The notes: generated by a model from the sequence alone, not told the origin. A stretch of 64,000 bases of DNA from an uncultured delta proteobacterium (GCA_963808235.1 CAWEEQ010000004.1:2304001-2368000); one strand, 5' to 3'. Shown: positions 1 through 9,996, counted from the stretch's first letter. Numbers and translations are program-made.

Positions 1-2
1 TT

Positions 3-353
3 GTCGATGAGATCGCGATTAACCTGGTCGGCGCCGTGTTCGGAAATTTCCGCGCGAAGACCCGCCCCATCATCCAGCGATGGATCGACGACCCCGATAT
101 GTGGATTCGGCGCACCGCCCTGCTCTCACATATGAAGCACAAAGATCAGACCGACGCGGCACTGTTATTCGATCACTGCCTCCGGCGCGCGGGTGAGAGC
201 GAGTTTTTCATTCGCAAAGCGATTGGATGGGCGCTTCGCGAATACAGCAAGACCGACCCGCGCGCGGTTCGCGCGTTCCTCAAGAAGAACCGCAAACGGT
301 TGTCGCGCCTCAGCTTCGACGAAGGCTCGAAGCATCTCGCACGCGCGAAGTGA
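3..353 (+). CDS. DNA alkylation repair protein (AlkD-like HEAT-repeat glycosylase), 5' truncated by window edge
   Basis: Open frame from base 3 (VDEIAINLVG...). Motifs W-x-RR-x-A and EFFIRKAIGWALREY are typical of AlkD. Confidence 0.85.
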   Translation, partial: VDEIAINLVGAVFGNFRAKTRPIIQRWIDDPDMWIRRTALLSHMKHKDQTDAALLFDHCLRRAGESEFFIRKAIGWALREYSKTDPRAVRAFLKKNRKRLSRLSFDEGSKHLARAK

Positions 354-376
354 TCTCACTCAAACGAAAATGTGCG

Positions 377-670
377 TCAGGCAACCGCCTTGATGATCTT
401 TCTATACTCGTCCTCGCTGAATGCGCGATGCGTCTCGGTGCGCACGTTGCCCTGCGCGCCAACCGTCAGCGCAAGCTGGGCCATCACGTCGTCGTTGGGC
501 GCCTCGACGATAAACATCGAATCGTACTGACCCATCAGCGAGTAGAAATCCTTCACCTTGGCGCCGTGCTGATGAAAGGTCTTCTTCGCCGCGTCAACCC
601 GGTCGGGCGACCCGCGCAAATGATCGAGTCCCTGGTGAGTTAGATGAAAAAAGACAACGTATGTAGGCAT
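377..670 (-). CDS. GYD domain-containing protein
   Basis: 97 aa with MG-QYD motif and GNVRTET..AF, typical of the GYD family. Confidence 0.85.
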   Translation of the reverse strand: MPTYVVFFHLTHQGLDHLRGSPDRVDAAKKTFHQHGAKVKDFYSLMGQYDSMFIVEAPNDDVMAQLALTVGAQGNVRTETHRAFSEDEYRKIIKAVA

Positions 671-799
671 CGCAAAATCACCTCCGCGCTATTTCTGCAA
701 ATATTCCAAACCACGAAGTTCCCGGCAAACCGTTTCCCGCGATTGTTCCCCTTCCAGGGAAGAGGCATCCTGCCGATCGACCATGCCACGGTCTGATTC

Positions 800-1126
800 C
801 TAGTTGCCCTTGAGGCGCGGATCGTCCTTCGCAATACACGCTGAATGCCACGCATTATCGAAATTGTCGTTGTCAGCCATCTCCTGCTCTAAGGCCTTTT
901 GGTTGTGCGAAATGTTAGCTCGCTGTTGGTCGGTCATGCTGTCGTACTGTCTAAGCTTGGCGGAGGATTGGTCTCGATACACGGTCTGGGCGGATTGGCA
1001 GGCTTCCGTTGAATCAAAAGAACGCCAAACGATCCATTCACTAAGCGGCGCATCGTCTTTCTTGTTCGGCGGGATCATCAGGTACCAGACCACAAGCGCG
1101 AGCGCGGCTGCGTGGCGGGATCTCAT
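800..1126 (-). CDS. Small secreted hypothetical protein (WYLMxPP ... C..DDPRL type)
   Basis: ATG at 1126, signal-like MRSRHAAALALVVWYLMIPP, two Cys, C-terminal CIAKDDPRLKGN. Confidence 0.7.
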   Translation of the reverse strand: MRSRHAAALALVVWYLMIPPNKKDDAPLSEWIVWRSFDSTEACQSAQTVYRDQSSAKLRQYDSMTDQQRANISHNQKALEQEMADNDNFDNAWHSACIAKDDPRLKGN

Positions 1127-1257
1127 GTCGCCCTTGTAGCGCGAGCTTCGGGAAAGCGAAAGGCGTGGACATTTCGAGAGTCCACAATGCTCGGGCGTAT
1201 GGTGCCTATCGGCCAGTCGCGGTACAATTGTGGATCTGAGAAGGAAGGTATTTGCCA

Positions 1258-1794
1258 ATGGAACGCGTTGAATTGACCCGCGAGTGCGAAGGCGTGCAAG
1301 TCCCCGCCGGCAACACGATTAAACTCGAAAAAGGCATCGAAGCCTTTATCACTCAATCGCTCGGCGGAACTTTCACCGTCCAGGTGCCCGCATACGGCGG
1401 CCTGTTCCGAATCGCCGGCAAAGATGCTGACGCGCTCGGCAAGACACCGGCCGAAGCGGGCGGCGTCACGAGCGCGGGCGGCGATCTCGAAGCGATGGTC
1501 TGGGAGCAGCTCAAGACCTGCTTCGACCCGGAAATCCCAGTGAACATCGTGGACTTGGGGCTCGTGTACGGGATGGAAGTAAAGGACGCCGACGACGGCA
1601 CCAAGAAAGTCGAAATCAAGATGACGCTGACCGCGCAAGGCTGCGGCATGGGCGCATCGATCGCGATGGACGCCCGTCACAAGATCATGGGCCTCCCCGG
1701 CGTGTCGGAAGCCGACGTCGATCTGGTCTGGGATCCACCATGGACCCCGCAAATGATCTCGCCCGAAGGCCGCGAGCGCCTCGGGATTGACTGA
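1258..1794 (+). CDS. sufT: Fe-S cluster assembly protein SufT (DUF59)
   Basis: ITQSLGG N-domain, DPEIPVNIVDLGLVY, MTLTAQGCGMG, WDPPW. RBS GGAAGG upstream. Confidence 0.9.
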   Translation: MERVELTRECEGVQVPAGNTIKLEKGIEAFITQSLGGTFTVQVPAYGGLFRIAGKDADALGKTPAEAGGVTSAGGDLEAMVWEQLKTCFDPEIPVNIVDLGLVYGMEVKDADDGTKKVEIKMTLTAQGCGMGASIAMDARHKIMGLPGVSEADVDLVWDPPWTPQMISPEGRERLGID

Positions 1795-1800
1795 GCCCGC

Positions 1801-2283
1801 CTACTGCTTGTCGAAGACCAGCGCGGTCTTCGCGGTTTTGCCGTCTGGGTCTTTTCCCTTGGCCATGATCTTCAGGACCTTCCCATCCTTGGAGACCACG
1901 AGCCACGCCGTACGAACCACCGTTCCGCCCTTCTTGAGAGTCGCTTCCGTCTTGTTCGCGCTGATGCGCTTAAGTGCGATGGTATCGGCGCCGCCTGGCA
2001 CTCCTGTGCCGGTAGTCGGACTATCCTTGTCGTCGTAGTTCGCCGTGTAGCTCCATGAAGTGCTGGTCCCATCCGCGCCAGTCGCCTGCGAGGTGGACTT
2101 AATACCATCGCCCGCAACTTCCATCGTAAGCGTAAGACTCTTCGGCACGGGCCTCGGACTGTCCTTCGACTTTTCGGCGTTCATGTTCCACGTGCCGATT
2201 ATCGGATTGGTCTGGGCAAGCACGACTCCCTGCACCAGCACGGCCATCGCCACGACACTGACAAATCCTAAAACCCGCTTCAT
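1801..2283 (-). CDS. Secreted beta-rich hypothetical protein (lipocalin-like)
   Basis: Signal peptide, GTW motif after cleavage, C-terminal VFDKQ. AGGAG RBS upstream. Confidence 0.65.
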   Translation of the reverse strand: MKRVLGFVSVVAMAVLVQGVVLAQTNPIIGTWNMNAEKSKDSPRPVPKSLTLTMEVAGDGIKSTSQATGADGTSTSWSYTANYDDKDSPTTGTGVPGGADTIALKRISANKTEATLKKGGTVVRTAWLVVSKDGKVLKIMAKGKDPDGKTAKTALVFDKQ

Positions 2284-2406
2284 CGGAACTCTCCTCCTGA
2301 GTTTTCTCCAACTGAAATTTGACACTTCCCCAAGCCGCAAACGAAAAAGAACATAATTAAGTTCCGCGATCGCGGCAAGCGCGCCGACGCCTCTCGGAGT
2401 GATGCG

Positions 2407-2435
2407 TTGACATGCACCGATGGGTCCGATAATTT
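2407..2435 (+). promoter_or_regulatory. Sigma70-type promoter of rplU-rpmA
   Basis: TTGACA(2407)-N17-TAATTT(2430). Confidence 0.6.
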
Positions 2436-2453
2436 GACTCGTTCGGGCACATC

Positions 2454-2768
2454 ATGTTTGCAATCGTAAGGACAGGCGGAAAACAGTACCGCGTCGGCGT
2501 CGGCGACCAGATTACGGTCGAGCGGCTGGTCGGCGAGGTTGGCGCGGCGATATCGCTCGACGAGGTGTTGGCCGTCGGCGGCGAAGCGCCCCAGGTCGGC
2601 ACTCCGGTAATCGCGGGCGCATCGGTAACGGCGAAAATTCTCCAGCAGCCGCGCGGCACGAAAGTGATCGTGTTCAAGAAGAAGCGGCGCAAGAACTACC
2701 GCCGCAAACGCGGGCATCGGCAGGAACTTACAGTGCTGAAGATCGAGGAAATCTCCGCCGGCGCATAG
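2454..2768 (+). CDS. rplU: 50S ribosomal protein L21
   Basis: [28 protein letters not shown]. Confidence 0.98.
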   Translation: MFAIVRTGGKQYRVGVGDQITVERLVGEVGAAISLDEVLAVGGEAPQVGTPVIAGASVTAKILQQPRGTKVIVFKKKRRKNYRRKRGHRQELTVLKIEEISAGA

Positions 2769-2796
2769 CCCGGCGTTCATTTTAGGGAGACTCTCC

Positions 2797-3081
2797 GTGG
2801 CGCATAAGAAAGGACAAGGTTCGACGCGCAACGGCCGCGACAGTCCGGGCCAGCGCCGCGGAATCAAGATTTACGCGGGCCAGACCGTCAAGGCCGGCAA
2901 CATCATTATCCGCCAGCTCGGCACCCGGGTTCATCCGGGGCGCAACGTCGGGCTCGGGCGCGACTACACGATTTACGCGCTCATCGACGGTGTGGTTAAG
3001 TACGAACCGAAAGGCGAGAAGCGGCAGGTCAGTGTCGAGCCGCTTCCCGCAACCAGCGACACCGCAGGGGCGTCCGCATAG
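2797..3081 (+). CDS. rpmA: 50S ribosomal protein L27
   Basis: [26 protein letters not shown]. Confidence 0.98.
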   Translation: MAHKKGQGSTRNGRDSPGQRRGIKIYAGQTVKAGNIIIRQLGTRVHPGRNVGLGRDYTIYALIDGVVKYEPKGEKRQVSVEPLPATSDTAGASA

Positions 3082-3108
3082 GGACCATCATCCCGCAAGA
3101 TCGAATTG

Positions 3109-3143
3109 AAGCCCTGCGGTACGCCGTGGGGCTTTTTATTTTT
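3109..3143 (+). terminator. Intrinsic terminator after rpmA
   Basis: AAGCCCTGCGG-TACG-CCGTGGGGCTT hairpin followed by a T-rich tract. Confidence 0.8.
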
Positions 3144-3169
3144 GCCGAACCTGCTCAGGAGGAAATGCG

Positions 3170-4198
3170 ATGCGACTAGGCTTAATCACCGGTTATTCGG
3201 ACGCGCGGATGGGCTTGCCGATGGACACGATTCTCGAAGCCGAAAAAGCCGGCTTCGACTCGGTCTGGACCGCCGAGGCTTACGGCTCCGACGCGATCAC
3301 ACCGCTCGCGTGGATCGGCGCGCTTACCAAAAAGATTCGCCTCGGCACCGGTATCATGCAGATGCCCGCGCGCACCCCGGCAGCCACTGCGATGACCGCG
3401 ATGACGCTCGACGCGCTTTCCGGCGGACGCTTCATCCTCGGGATCGGACCGTCGGGGCCGCAGGTCGTAGAAGGATGGCACGGCGTGTCGTACGGCAAAC
3501 CGCTCCAGCGCACTCGCGAATATATTGAAATCGTGCGAACGATCCTTGCGCGCGAAGTTCCGCTCGAGCATCACGGCAAGGAATTCGACATCCCGTACAC
3601 CGGGCCGGGCGCCTCGGGCCTGGGCAAGCCGCTCAAGAGCATCCTGCACGGGCGCAAGGACATGCCGATCTACACCGCATCGATCAGTCCCAAGGGAATC
3701 GCGTTGGCGGCGGAAATCGCCGACGGCGTGATCCCAGTTTGGATGAATCCCGACCGGTGGGACATCTACGACGCGCCGGTTAAAGAAGGCTTCGCGAAAA
3801 GCGGCGGCCGCAAGAACATGGAGAATTTCGAAGTCGCGCCGTTCGTCACCTGCGTGATGGGCCCGGACCTCGAGAAATGCCGGATGCCGGTGAAGGGAAT
3901 GATGGCGCTTTATATCGGCGGGATGGGCGCGCGCAACAAAAATTTCTACAACGACTACGCCAAGCGTCTCGGCTACGAAAAAGAAGCGGTCCAGATCCAG
4001 GACCTGTTTCTTGCCGGCAAAAGGGCCGAGGCGATGGCGCTGGTGCCGGACAAGCTGGTCGACGAAGTCGCGCTGGTCGGGAACCGCGAGCGCATCGCGG
4101 ATCGTCTGAAGGCGTGGAAAGACTCGCCGGTCAAAACGATGTTGATCGGCACCGGCGACGTCAACACAGTCCGCGCCCTGGCGGAGATTTGTCTGTAG
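3170..4198 (+). CDS. LLM-class (probably F420-dependent) oxidoreductase
   Basis: WTAEAYGSD, LSGGRFILGIGPSGPQVVEGWHG, LYIGGMG...NFY. Confidence 0.9.
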   Translation: MRLGLITGYSDARMGLPMDTILEAEKAGFDSVWTAEAYGSDAITPLAWIGALTKKIRLGTGIMQMPARTPAATAMTAMTLDALSGGRFILGIGPSGPQVVEGWHGVSYGKPLQRTREYIEIVRTILAREVPLEHHGKEFDIPYTGPGASGLGKPLKSILHGRKDMPIYTASISPKGIALAAEIADGVIPVWMNPDRWDIYDAPVKEGFAKSGGRKNMENFEVAPFVTCVMGPDLEKCRMPVKGMMALYIGGMGARNKNFYNDYAKRLGYEKEAVQIQDLFLAGKRAEAMALVPDKLVDEVALVGNRERIADRLKAWKDSPVKTMLIGTGDVNTVRALAEICL

Positions 4199-4244
4199 GC
4201 GTCTGCTGGCACTGACGCGCCGGCATCGCGGTTGGCTTCGCAGG

Positions 4245-4273
4245 TTGACGCCTGTCGCGCGACAGGCGATGAT
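4245..4273 (+). promoter_or_regulatory. higBA promoter with palindromic operator
   Basis: TTGACG at 4245 overlapping the perfect 20-bp palindrome CGCCTGTCGCGCGACAGGCG (4249-4268). The -10 element is weak. Confidence 0.6.
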
Positions 4274-4568
4274 TGTGCTGAATGGGTTAATCCGTTCGAT
4301 TCGGCACAGAGGGTTGAGGCGGCTGTACGAGAGCGGAGACGGTCGGGATCTGCCGGCGGCCCAGGTGGAGAAAATCTCGGACATTTTGCTGGCGATCGAC
4401 GAAGCGGCGCACGCGAAAGAAGTCGGATTGTTCCCAGGCTGGCGGCTGCATCCGTTGAAAGGGAACCTGAAGGGTTTTTGGAGCGTCACTGTGAGCGGAA
4501 ACTGGCGAGTAATCTTCCGGTTTGAGGAGGGTGACGCCTTCGACCTTGATTTTGTTGACTATCATTGA
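4269..4568 (+). CDS. higB: HigB/RelE-family toxin (start uncertain)
   Basis: IRSIRHRGL...LHPLKG...WSVTVSGNWRVIFRF...DYH. Confidence 0.9.
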   Translation: MIVLNGLIRSIRHRGLRRLYESGDGRDLPAAQVEKISDILLAIDEAAHAKEVGLFPGWRLHPLKGNLKGFWSVTVSGNWRVIFRFEEGDAFDLDFVDYH

Positions 4569-4585
4569 AGGAGTCATTGGAAATT

Positions 4586-4969
4586 ATGGCGATGAAGAGT
4601 CCACCGCACGTCGGCGGTTTAATCCGACGTCAGGTGATCGATCCTCTCGGATTGTCAGTAACCGAAGCCGCGAAGGTCCTCGGGGTCGGGCGGCAGGCGC
4701 TTTCGAGCCTGCTGAACGGGAAGACGGCTCTTACCACCAAGATGGGCTTGCGGGTCGAGAAAGCGTTTGGGCCGAAGATGGAGCACTTGATGCGAATGCA
4801 GCTTGCTTTCGATTTGGCTCAGGCACGTAAAGGGGAGCGCGGAGTGCGCGTAGAGCGCTACGTTGCGAAAAGAGACGCGAATCATCCGGGACGGCGCCGC
4901 AAAAAAGGTGCGCGGCGAATGGAGAGGCCGACCCGGAGTGACCGGGCGGCGCGACGGCTGATACTATGA
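4586..4969 (+). CDS. higA: HigA-family antitoxin (HTH) with basic C-terminal tail
   Basis: MKSPPH.G, LSVTEAAKVLGVGRQALSSLLNG. Lies downstream of the toxin. Confidence 0.88.
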   Translation: MAMKSPPHVGGLIRRQVIDPLGLSVTEAAKVLGVGRQALSSLLNGKTALTTKMGLRVEKAFGPKMEHLMRMQLAFDLAQARKGERGVRVERYVAKRDANHPGRRRKKGARRMERPTRSDRAARRLIL

Positions 4970-4982
4970 CGGTTGCGCCGCC

Positions 4983-5996
4983 ATGCGATTTATTGATGAA
5001 GCCAGGGTGTTTGTGCACGCCGGAAAGGGCGGCGACGGTGCGATTGCGTTTCTGCGCGAAAAATTTAGGCCCTTCGGCGGGCCTGCCGGCGGCAACGGCG
5101 GGCGCGGCGGCAGCGTTGTCTTCCAGGTAGACGAAGGGCTTTCGACGCTGCTCGATTTCAAGTACCAGCCGCGGTTAATCGCGAAGGACGGCGAGTCGGG
5201 TCGCGGCAAGGAACAGTACGGACACGGCGCCGACGACATCTTGGTGCGGGTGCCTCCCGGCACGATCGTCTTCGATGAGGAAACCGGCGACACGCTGGCC
5301 GACCTCGTGATGCCGGGCGACAAAGCGATCATCGCGCAGGGTGGCGAGGGCGGCCGCGGCAACATGCATTTCGCCTCGTCGACGCGGCGCTCACCGAAAA
5401 TTGCGACGCCGGGCACAGCCGGCGAACAGCGATGGATCCGGATGGAACTCCGGCTGGTCGCTGAGGCCGGCCTCGTGGGACTTCCGAACGCGGGCAAATC
5501 GACGCTGCTCACCGCGCTCAGCGCGGCGCGGCCGAAGATTGCGTCGTACCCGTTCACGACGCTCGCGCCGAATATCGGCCGGGTGTCGATCTCCGACGCT
5601 GAAAGCTTCACCCTCGCCGATATTCCGGGGCTGATCGAAGGGGCGCATCGCGGGCTCGGACTCGGGATCCGTTTTCTGCGTCATCTCGCGCGCACGCGGC
5701 TTATCGTTTACGTGCTCGACGTGGCCGAGAATCCCGACGCGGCGTTCGACACGGTGCGCGGTGAAATCGCGGCGTTCGATCCGGCGCTCGCGGATCGGCC
5801 GGCGCTGATTGCGCTCAACAAGATCGATCTCGTGAGCTCTGACGAGGCGGACAAAACTGCGCGCAAACTCCGCAAACGTACCCGGCTCGAAGTGTTCCCG
5901 ATTTCCGCCGACCGCGCAGAAGGTCTGGCGCCGCTGGTCGACGCGATCGCGCGGACGCTGCATCAGATGGATCAACCGGCGGCATGTCCCAGCTGA
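4983..5996 (+). CDS. obgE: GTPase ObgE/CgtA
   Basis: Gly-rich Obg fold, GLPNAGKS, YPFTT, DIPG, NKID. Confidence 0.97.
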   Translation: MRFIDEARVFVHAGKGGDGAIAFLREKFRPFGGPAGGNGGRGGSVVFQVDEGLSTLLDFKYQPRLIAKDGESGRGKEQYGHGADDILVRVPPGTIVFDEETGDTLADLVMPGDKAIIAQGGEGGRGNMHFASSTRRSPKIATPGTAGEQRWIRMELRLVAEAGLVGLPNAGKSTLLTALSAARPKIASYPFTTLAPNIGRVSISDAESFTLADIPGLIEGAHRGLGLGIRFLRHLARTRLIVYVLDVAENPDAAFDTVRGEIAAFDPALADRPALIALNKIDLVSSDEADKTARKLRKRTRLEVFPISADRAEGLAPLVDAIARTLHQMDQPAACPS

Positions 5997-7129
5997 ACTA
6001 CAAGGAATCGACGGTGGCTCGCGCGCGGCGGGTCGTGATCAAGGTCGGCAGCGCGGTGCTTTCCGAGGCCGCGGGACTGCGCTTCGACGTGATCGAGCGC
6101 CTGGCAAACCAGGTCGAAGCCGCAGTGAGCGCCGGCATGGAAATCGTGATCGTCACCTCGGGTGCGGTCGCGGCCGGGCGCGCGCGGATGGCGAAACTCC
6201 ATGGCGCGACGATCGCGGCGCGGCAGGCCGCGGCGGCGACCGGGCAAATCGAGCTGATGTCGGCGTGGGCGCGCGCATTCGGCGCGCACGATCGCGCGGT
6301 TGCACAGATTTTGCTCACCCATCAAGACTTAGCGGAACGGCGCCGGCGCGCGAACGCAACCTCGACTATCTCGGAGCTGCTCGGCGCGGGCGTGATCCCG
6401 ATCGTCAATGAGAACGACACGGTTGCGGTTGAGGAAATCCGGCTCGGCGACAACGACGTGCTGTCGTCGCTGGTCGCGAGCCTGGTGCAGGCGCAGCTAC
6501 TGATCCTGCTGAGCGACGTGGCCGGCGTTCTGACCGGCGACCCGCGCGAGCGCTCGGATGCGAGGCTGATTGCGGTGATTACCGATCCGGAAGCGGAGAT
6601 GCGCGGCCTCGTTGCCGAGAGCGCGGGACCGCTCGGGGTCGGCGGGATGGCGACCAAGCTGAAGGCGGCGCGGCAGGCGGCGCGCGCGGGAATCGCGGTG
6701 ATAATCTCGGATGGGCGCGAAGACGATGTTATCGCGATCGCGCTCGATCCGGCGCGCGAGACCGGCACGTTGATCGTGCCGGCGGGCGTGCGGCTGAAGA
6801 GCCGAAAGCATTGGATAGCGTTCGCGCTGCGCCCGGCGGGTTCGCTAGGCGTCGATCGCGGCGCGACGGAAGCGCTCTGCAATAAGGGCCGTTCGCTGCT
6901 ACCCTCGGGCGTCCGCGAGGTGCGCGGTGATTTCGGCGGCGGCGACTGCGTGAGCCTGCTCGATCCCGACGGCGTCGAGTTCGGCCGCGGACTGGTAAAC
7001 TATCCTGCGGCGGACGTGCTGAAGGTGGCGGGCCGGCGCTCGACGGAGATTCCGAACCTGCTCGGCTACAAGGTCGCCGACGAGATTATCCATCGCGACA
7101 ACTTCGTGCTGATGAAGGAACTCGGCTGA
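5984..7129 (+). CDS. proB: Glutamate 5-kinase with PUA domain
   Basis: VVIKVGS, TSGAVAAG, NENDTV, GDND, GGMATK, C-terminal IHRD. Confidence 0.97.
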   Translation: MSQLNYKESTVARARRVVIKVGSAVLSEAAGLRFDVIERLANQVEAAVSAGMEIVIVTSGAVAAGRARMAKLHGATIAARQAAAATGQIELMSAWARAFGAHDRAVAQILLTHQDLAERRRRANATSTISELLGAGVIPIVNENDTVAVEEIRLGDNDVLSSLVASLVQAQLLILLSDVAGVLTGDPRERSDARLIAVITDPEAEMRGLVAESAGPLGVGGMATKLKAARQAARAGIAVIISDGREDDVIAIALDPARETGTLIVPAGVRLKSRKHWIAFALRPAGSLGVDRGATEALCNKGRSLLPSGVREVRGDFGGGDCVSLLDPDGVEFGRGLVNYPAADVLKVAGRRSTEIPNLLGYKVADEIIHRDNFVLMKELG

Positions 7130-7138
7130 AGGAAGCAG

Positions 7139-8392
7139 ATGACGCTCGAATCGGAAGTAATTGGCGCACTGACTCGCGCACGCGCGGCAGCGCCGCGGAT
7201 GGCGCTGGCGACGACCGTCGAGAAAAACTCGGCGCTAAAAAAACTCGCGGATGCGATTCGCGCGTCCGCGGCCGACGTGATCGCCGCAAATCAAAAAGAT
7301 CTGAAGCGCGCCGCCGAGGACGGACGCACCGGCGCATTCGTCGAGCGCCTGACGCTCAGTCCCGCGCGGATCGAGGCGATGGCGCACAGCGTCGAGGAAG
7401 TCGCAGCGCTGCCCGACCCGGTTGGAGGCGTGATCGAGCGATCGACGCGTCCCAATGGTCTCGAAATCTCCAAGGTGCGGGTGCCGCTCGGCGTGATCGC
7501 GATGATCTACGAATCGCGTCCGAACGTCACCATCGACGCAGGCGCGCTCTGCTTCAAGGCAGGTAACACGGCCGTGTTGCGCGGCGGCAAGGAAGCTCTC
7601 GAGACCAACGCTTATCTCGCGAATTTGATTGGCGCGGCGCTGAAGGAAAGCGGCCTCAATCCCGACGCAGTGACGTTCATTCGCAATGTGGATCGCGAAG
7701 TAATCCAGATAATGAAGCGCCAAGGCGAATTGATCGACTTGATAATTCCGCGCGGCGGCCAGGCGTTGAAGGACGCGCTGAAGGGCTCGTCGGTCCCGAT
7801 CCTGCCGCATTTCGACGGACTCTGTCACACCTACGTCGATCGCGCGGCGGATCTGAAGATGGCGCTGGAAATTTGCGTTAATGCGAAATGTTCGCGGCCG
7901 TCGGTCTGCAATTCGATGGAAAACTTGGCTGTGCATCGCGAGGTCGCGGAGAAGTTCCTGCCCGAGCTTGGCAAGCGGATGAAAGCGGCAGGCGTCGAGC
8001 TGCGCGGCGACGATCGCACGCGGAAAATCATTCCCGACGCACGCCCCGCGACCGACGAGGATTGGGACACCGAGTACCTGGACATGATTCTCGCTGTGAA
8101 GGTTGTCGATTCGCTCGACGACGCGATCGCGTTTATCGAGCGCCACAGCTCGCATCTTGCCGACGCGATCGTCACCAGTGATCCGGAAGCTGCGCACCGC
8201 TTTGAACGCGAGGTCGATTCGGCTACCGTTTATGTGAACGCATCGACGCGGTTCACCGACGGCTTTGAGTTCGGCTTCGGCGCCGAAACCGGAATCTCCA
8301 CCAACCGCCTGCATGCGCGAGGCCCGATGGGGTTGAACGAGTTGACTACCTACAAGTACGTCATTTCCGGGAACGGACAGATCCGCGCCTGA
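7139..8392 (+). CDS. proA: Glutamate-5-semialdehyde dehydrogenase
   Basis: YESRPNVT, IIPRGG, VCNSME, NASTRFTDG, LHARGPMG. Confidence 0.97.
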   Translation: MTLESEVIGALTRARAAAPRMALATTVEKNSALKKLADAIRASAADVIAANQKDLKRAAEDGRTGAFVERLTLSPARIEAMAHSVEEVAALPDPVGGVIERSTRPNGLEISKVRVPLGVIAMIYESRPNVTIDAGALCFKAGNTAVLRGGKEALETNAYLANLIGAALKESGLNPDAVTFIRNVDREVIQIMKRQGELIDLIIPRGGQALKDALKGSSVPILPHFDGLCHTYVDRAADLKMALEICVNAKCSRPSVCNSMENLAVHREVAEKFLPELGKRMKAAGVELRGDDRTRKIIPDARPATDEDWDTEYLDMILAVKVVDSLDDAIAFIERHSSHLADAIVTSDPEAAHRFEREVDSATVYVNASTRFTDGFEFGFGAETGISTNRLHARGPMGLNELTTYKYVISGNGQIRA

Positions 8393-8434
8393 CAGGCGCG
8401 CGGGCACAAGTTAAAAGTTAAAAAGTCAAATCGT

Positions 8435-9073
8435 ATGCGGGTAGGATTGTTCGGCGGCAGTTTCAATCCGATCCACTTCGGTCATCTTCGCGCGGCCGAG
8501 GAAGATCGAGAGGCGCTCGGCCTCGACCTCGTTTATTTCATTCCGGCCGCATCGCCGCCGCACAAAGCAGCCGGCGATCTCGCCCCGGCGGAGCATCGGC
8601 TCGCGATGGTGCGTCTGGCGACCAAGGGCAACCGCCACTTCATGGCGTCAGACGTCGAGATTCGGCGCTCGGGAAGCTCGTACACTATCGAGACGATTCG
8701 ATACTTCCTGGCGACGCTGCGGCAACCCGCGTCGCTGTACCTGTTGATGGGTGCGGATCAGTTTGCGGAGCTCGCCACTTGGAAAGATCCCGAAGAGCTG
8801 GTGCGCCTCGCGAATATCGCGGTTCACACACGATTCATACAGGGAGAATCGGGGCACCCGCGAATTTCGGTTGCCGCGCTGAAACGGTTTGGCTACACTC
8901 GGGAAGACGATCATTACGTGCATGCGAGCGGAACCACGCTTTCATTTGTCGAAACTACTTTCTTTCCAATCTCGGCCACTGAAATACGCGGCAAGCTGCA
9001 GCGGAACGAATCGATCAGGTATCTCATGCCGGCCGACGTGTTCGATTACGTTCAGCGTCACTCTCTCTATTGA
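8435..9073 (+). CDS. nadD: Nicotinate-nucleotide adenylyltransferase
   Basis: GGSFNPIHFGH, PPHK, SYTI, ISATEIR. Confidence 0.95.
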   Translation: MRVGLFGGSFNPIHFGHLRAAEEDREALGLDLVYFIPAASPPHKAAGDLAPAEHRLAMVRLATKGNRHFMASDVEIRRSGSSYTIETIRYFLATLRQPASLYLLMGADQFAELATWKDPEELVRLANIAVHTRFIQGESGHPRISVAALKRFGYTREDDHYVHASGTTLSFVETTFFPISATEIRGKLQRNESIRYLMPADVFDYVQRHSLY

Positions 9074-9167
9074 GGATCACTCTGCTTAGGCTTCTCTCCC
9101 TCACCGGATCGAATCGCAACCCCGCGGCAACTGCCGCGCAATTCTCTTCGCCCATAGGTACGGCTTA

Positions 9168-9557
9168 TTGAAAGCACTCGCGAAGGCATACGCCGCAGTC
9201 GAAGCGGCACTCGAAAAAAAAGCTTACGACCTGGTGGTGCTCGAGGCCGAGCATCTTAAACCCGTCGCCGACTACTTCCTGGTGGCGACCGGGCGATCCA
9301 ACGTGCAGGTGCAGGCGATCGCGCGCGGGATCGAGGAGCGGATGGGCAAGGCCGGGCAGCGGCCGCTCTCAGTCGAGGGGCTTCATCACGCGCATTGGGT
9401 CGTGCTCGACTACGATGACGTCGTGGTGCATCTTTTCTACGAGCCGGCACGTGAGTTCTATCGGCTCGAGCGGAATTGGATCGACGCGCGTGAAGTGAAA
9501 TTGCCGGAGCCGTTTCGCTCGCAGGCAGAGGGATTGAGAATCCGCGCGCTCGGCTAG
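9168..9557 (+). CDS. rsfS: Ribosome silencing factor
   Basis: KKAYD, DYFLVATG, WVVLDY.DVVVHLF, REFYRLE. Confidence 0.93.
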   Translation: MKALAKAYAAVEAALEKKAYDLVVLEAEHLKPVADYFLVATGRSNVQVQAIARGIEERMGKAGQRPLSVEGLHHAHWVVLDYDDVVVHLFYEPAREFYRLERNWIDAREVKLPEPFRSQAEGLRIRALG

Positions 9558-9793
9558 ACGCTGCGGACGGCGTGAGCGATTGCGACCAGGATCACCGCCC
9601 CAACCGTAGCAACCACCAAGGCGCCAAGGGCGCCGTTGGGACTGTGAATAGCAAGCTTCTCGAAGACCCATCTGCCGATGACGCCGCCGATCAGGCCGAG
9701 CACAAGATCGGCAATCAGCCCAAAGCCACGACCGCGCACCACCTTGCCGGCGAGCCACCCGGCCAGAATTCCGATTACGATCGCGCCTAGCAT
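9554..9793 (-). CDS. GlsB/YeaQ/YmgE family membrane protein
   Basis: Three Gly-rich TM segments, AGWLA, VATVGAVIL. Confidence 0.85.
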   Translation of the reverse strand: MLGAIVIGILAGWLAGKVVRGRGFGLIADLVLGLIGGVIGRWVFEKLAIHSPNGALGALVVATVGAVILVAIAHAVRSV

Positions 9794-9824
9794 CGGTGGT
9801 TCCCCCTGATTCGGCGGCTCGCGG

Positions 9825-9944
9825 CTACTTCTTTTGTTCCATCGGGACGCCGCAGCATTTCAACTGACCGGTTCCGGCCTTGGTGACGATGACCTGTGAG
9901 GCGCAATTTCCGCAGATATAAACTTTGCCGAGCTGGTTAGCCAT
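9825..9944 (-). CDS. Desulforedoxin-like mini-protein A (39 aa)
   Basis: MANQLGKVYICGNCASQVIVTKAGTGQLKCCGVPMEQKK with CxxC-x15-CC. AGGA RBS upstream. Confidence 0.85.
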   Translation of the reverse strand: MANQLGKVYICGNCASQVIVTKAGTGQLKCCGVPMEQKK

Positions 9945-9996
9945 TCTTAAATCCTGTCCTCTGTGTGCATTCTTGCACGAAAGCGTTTGCGAACGA

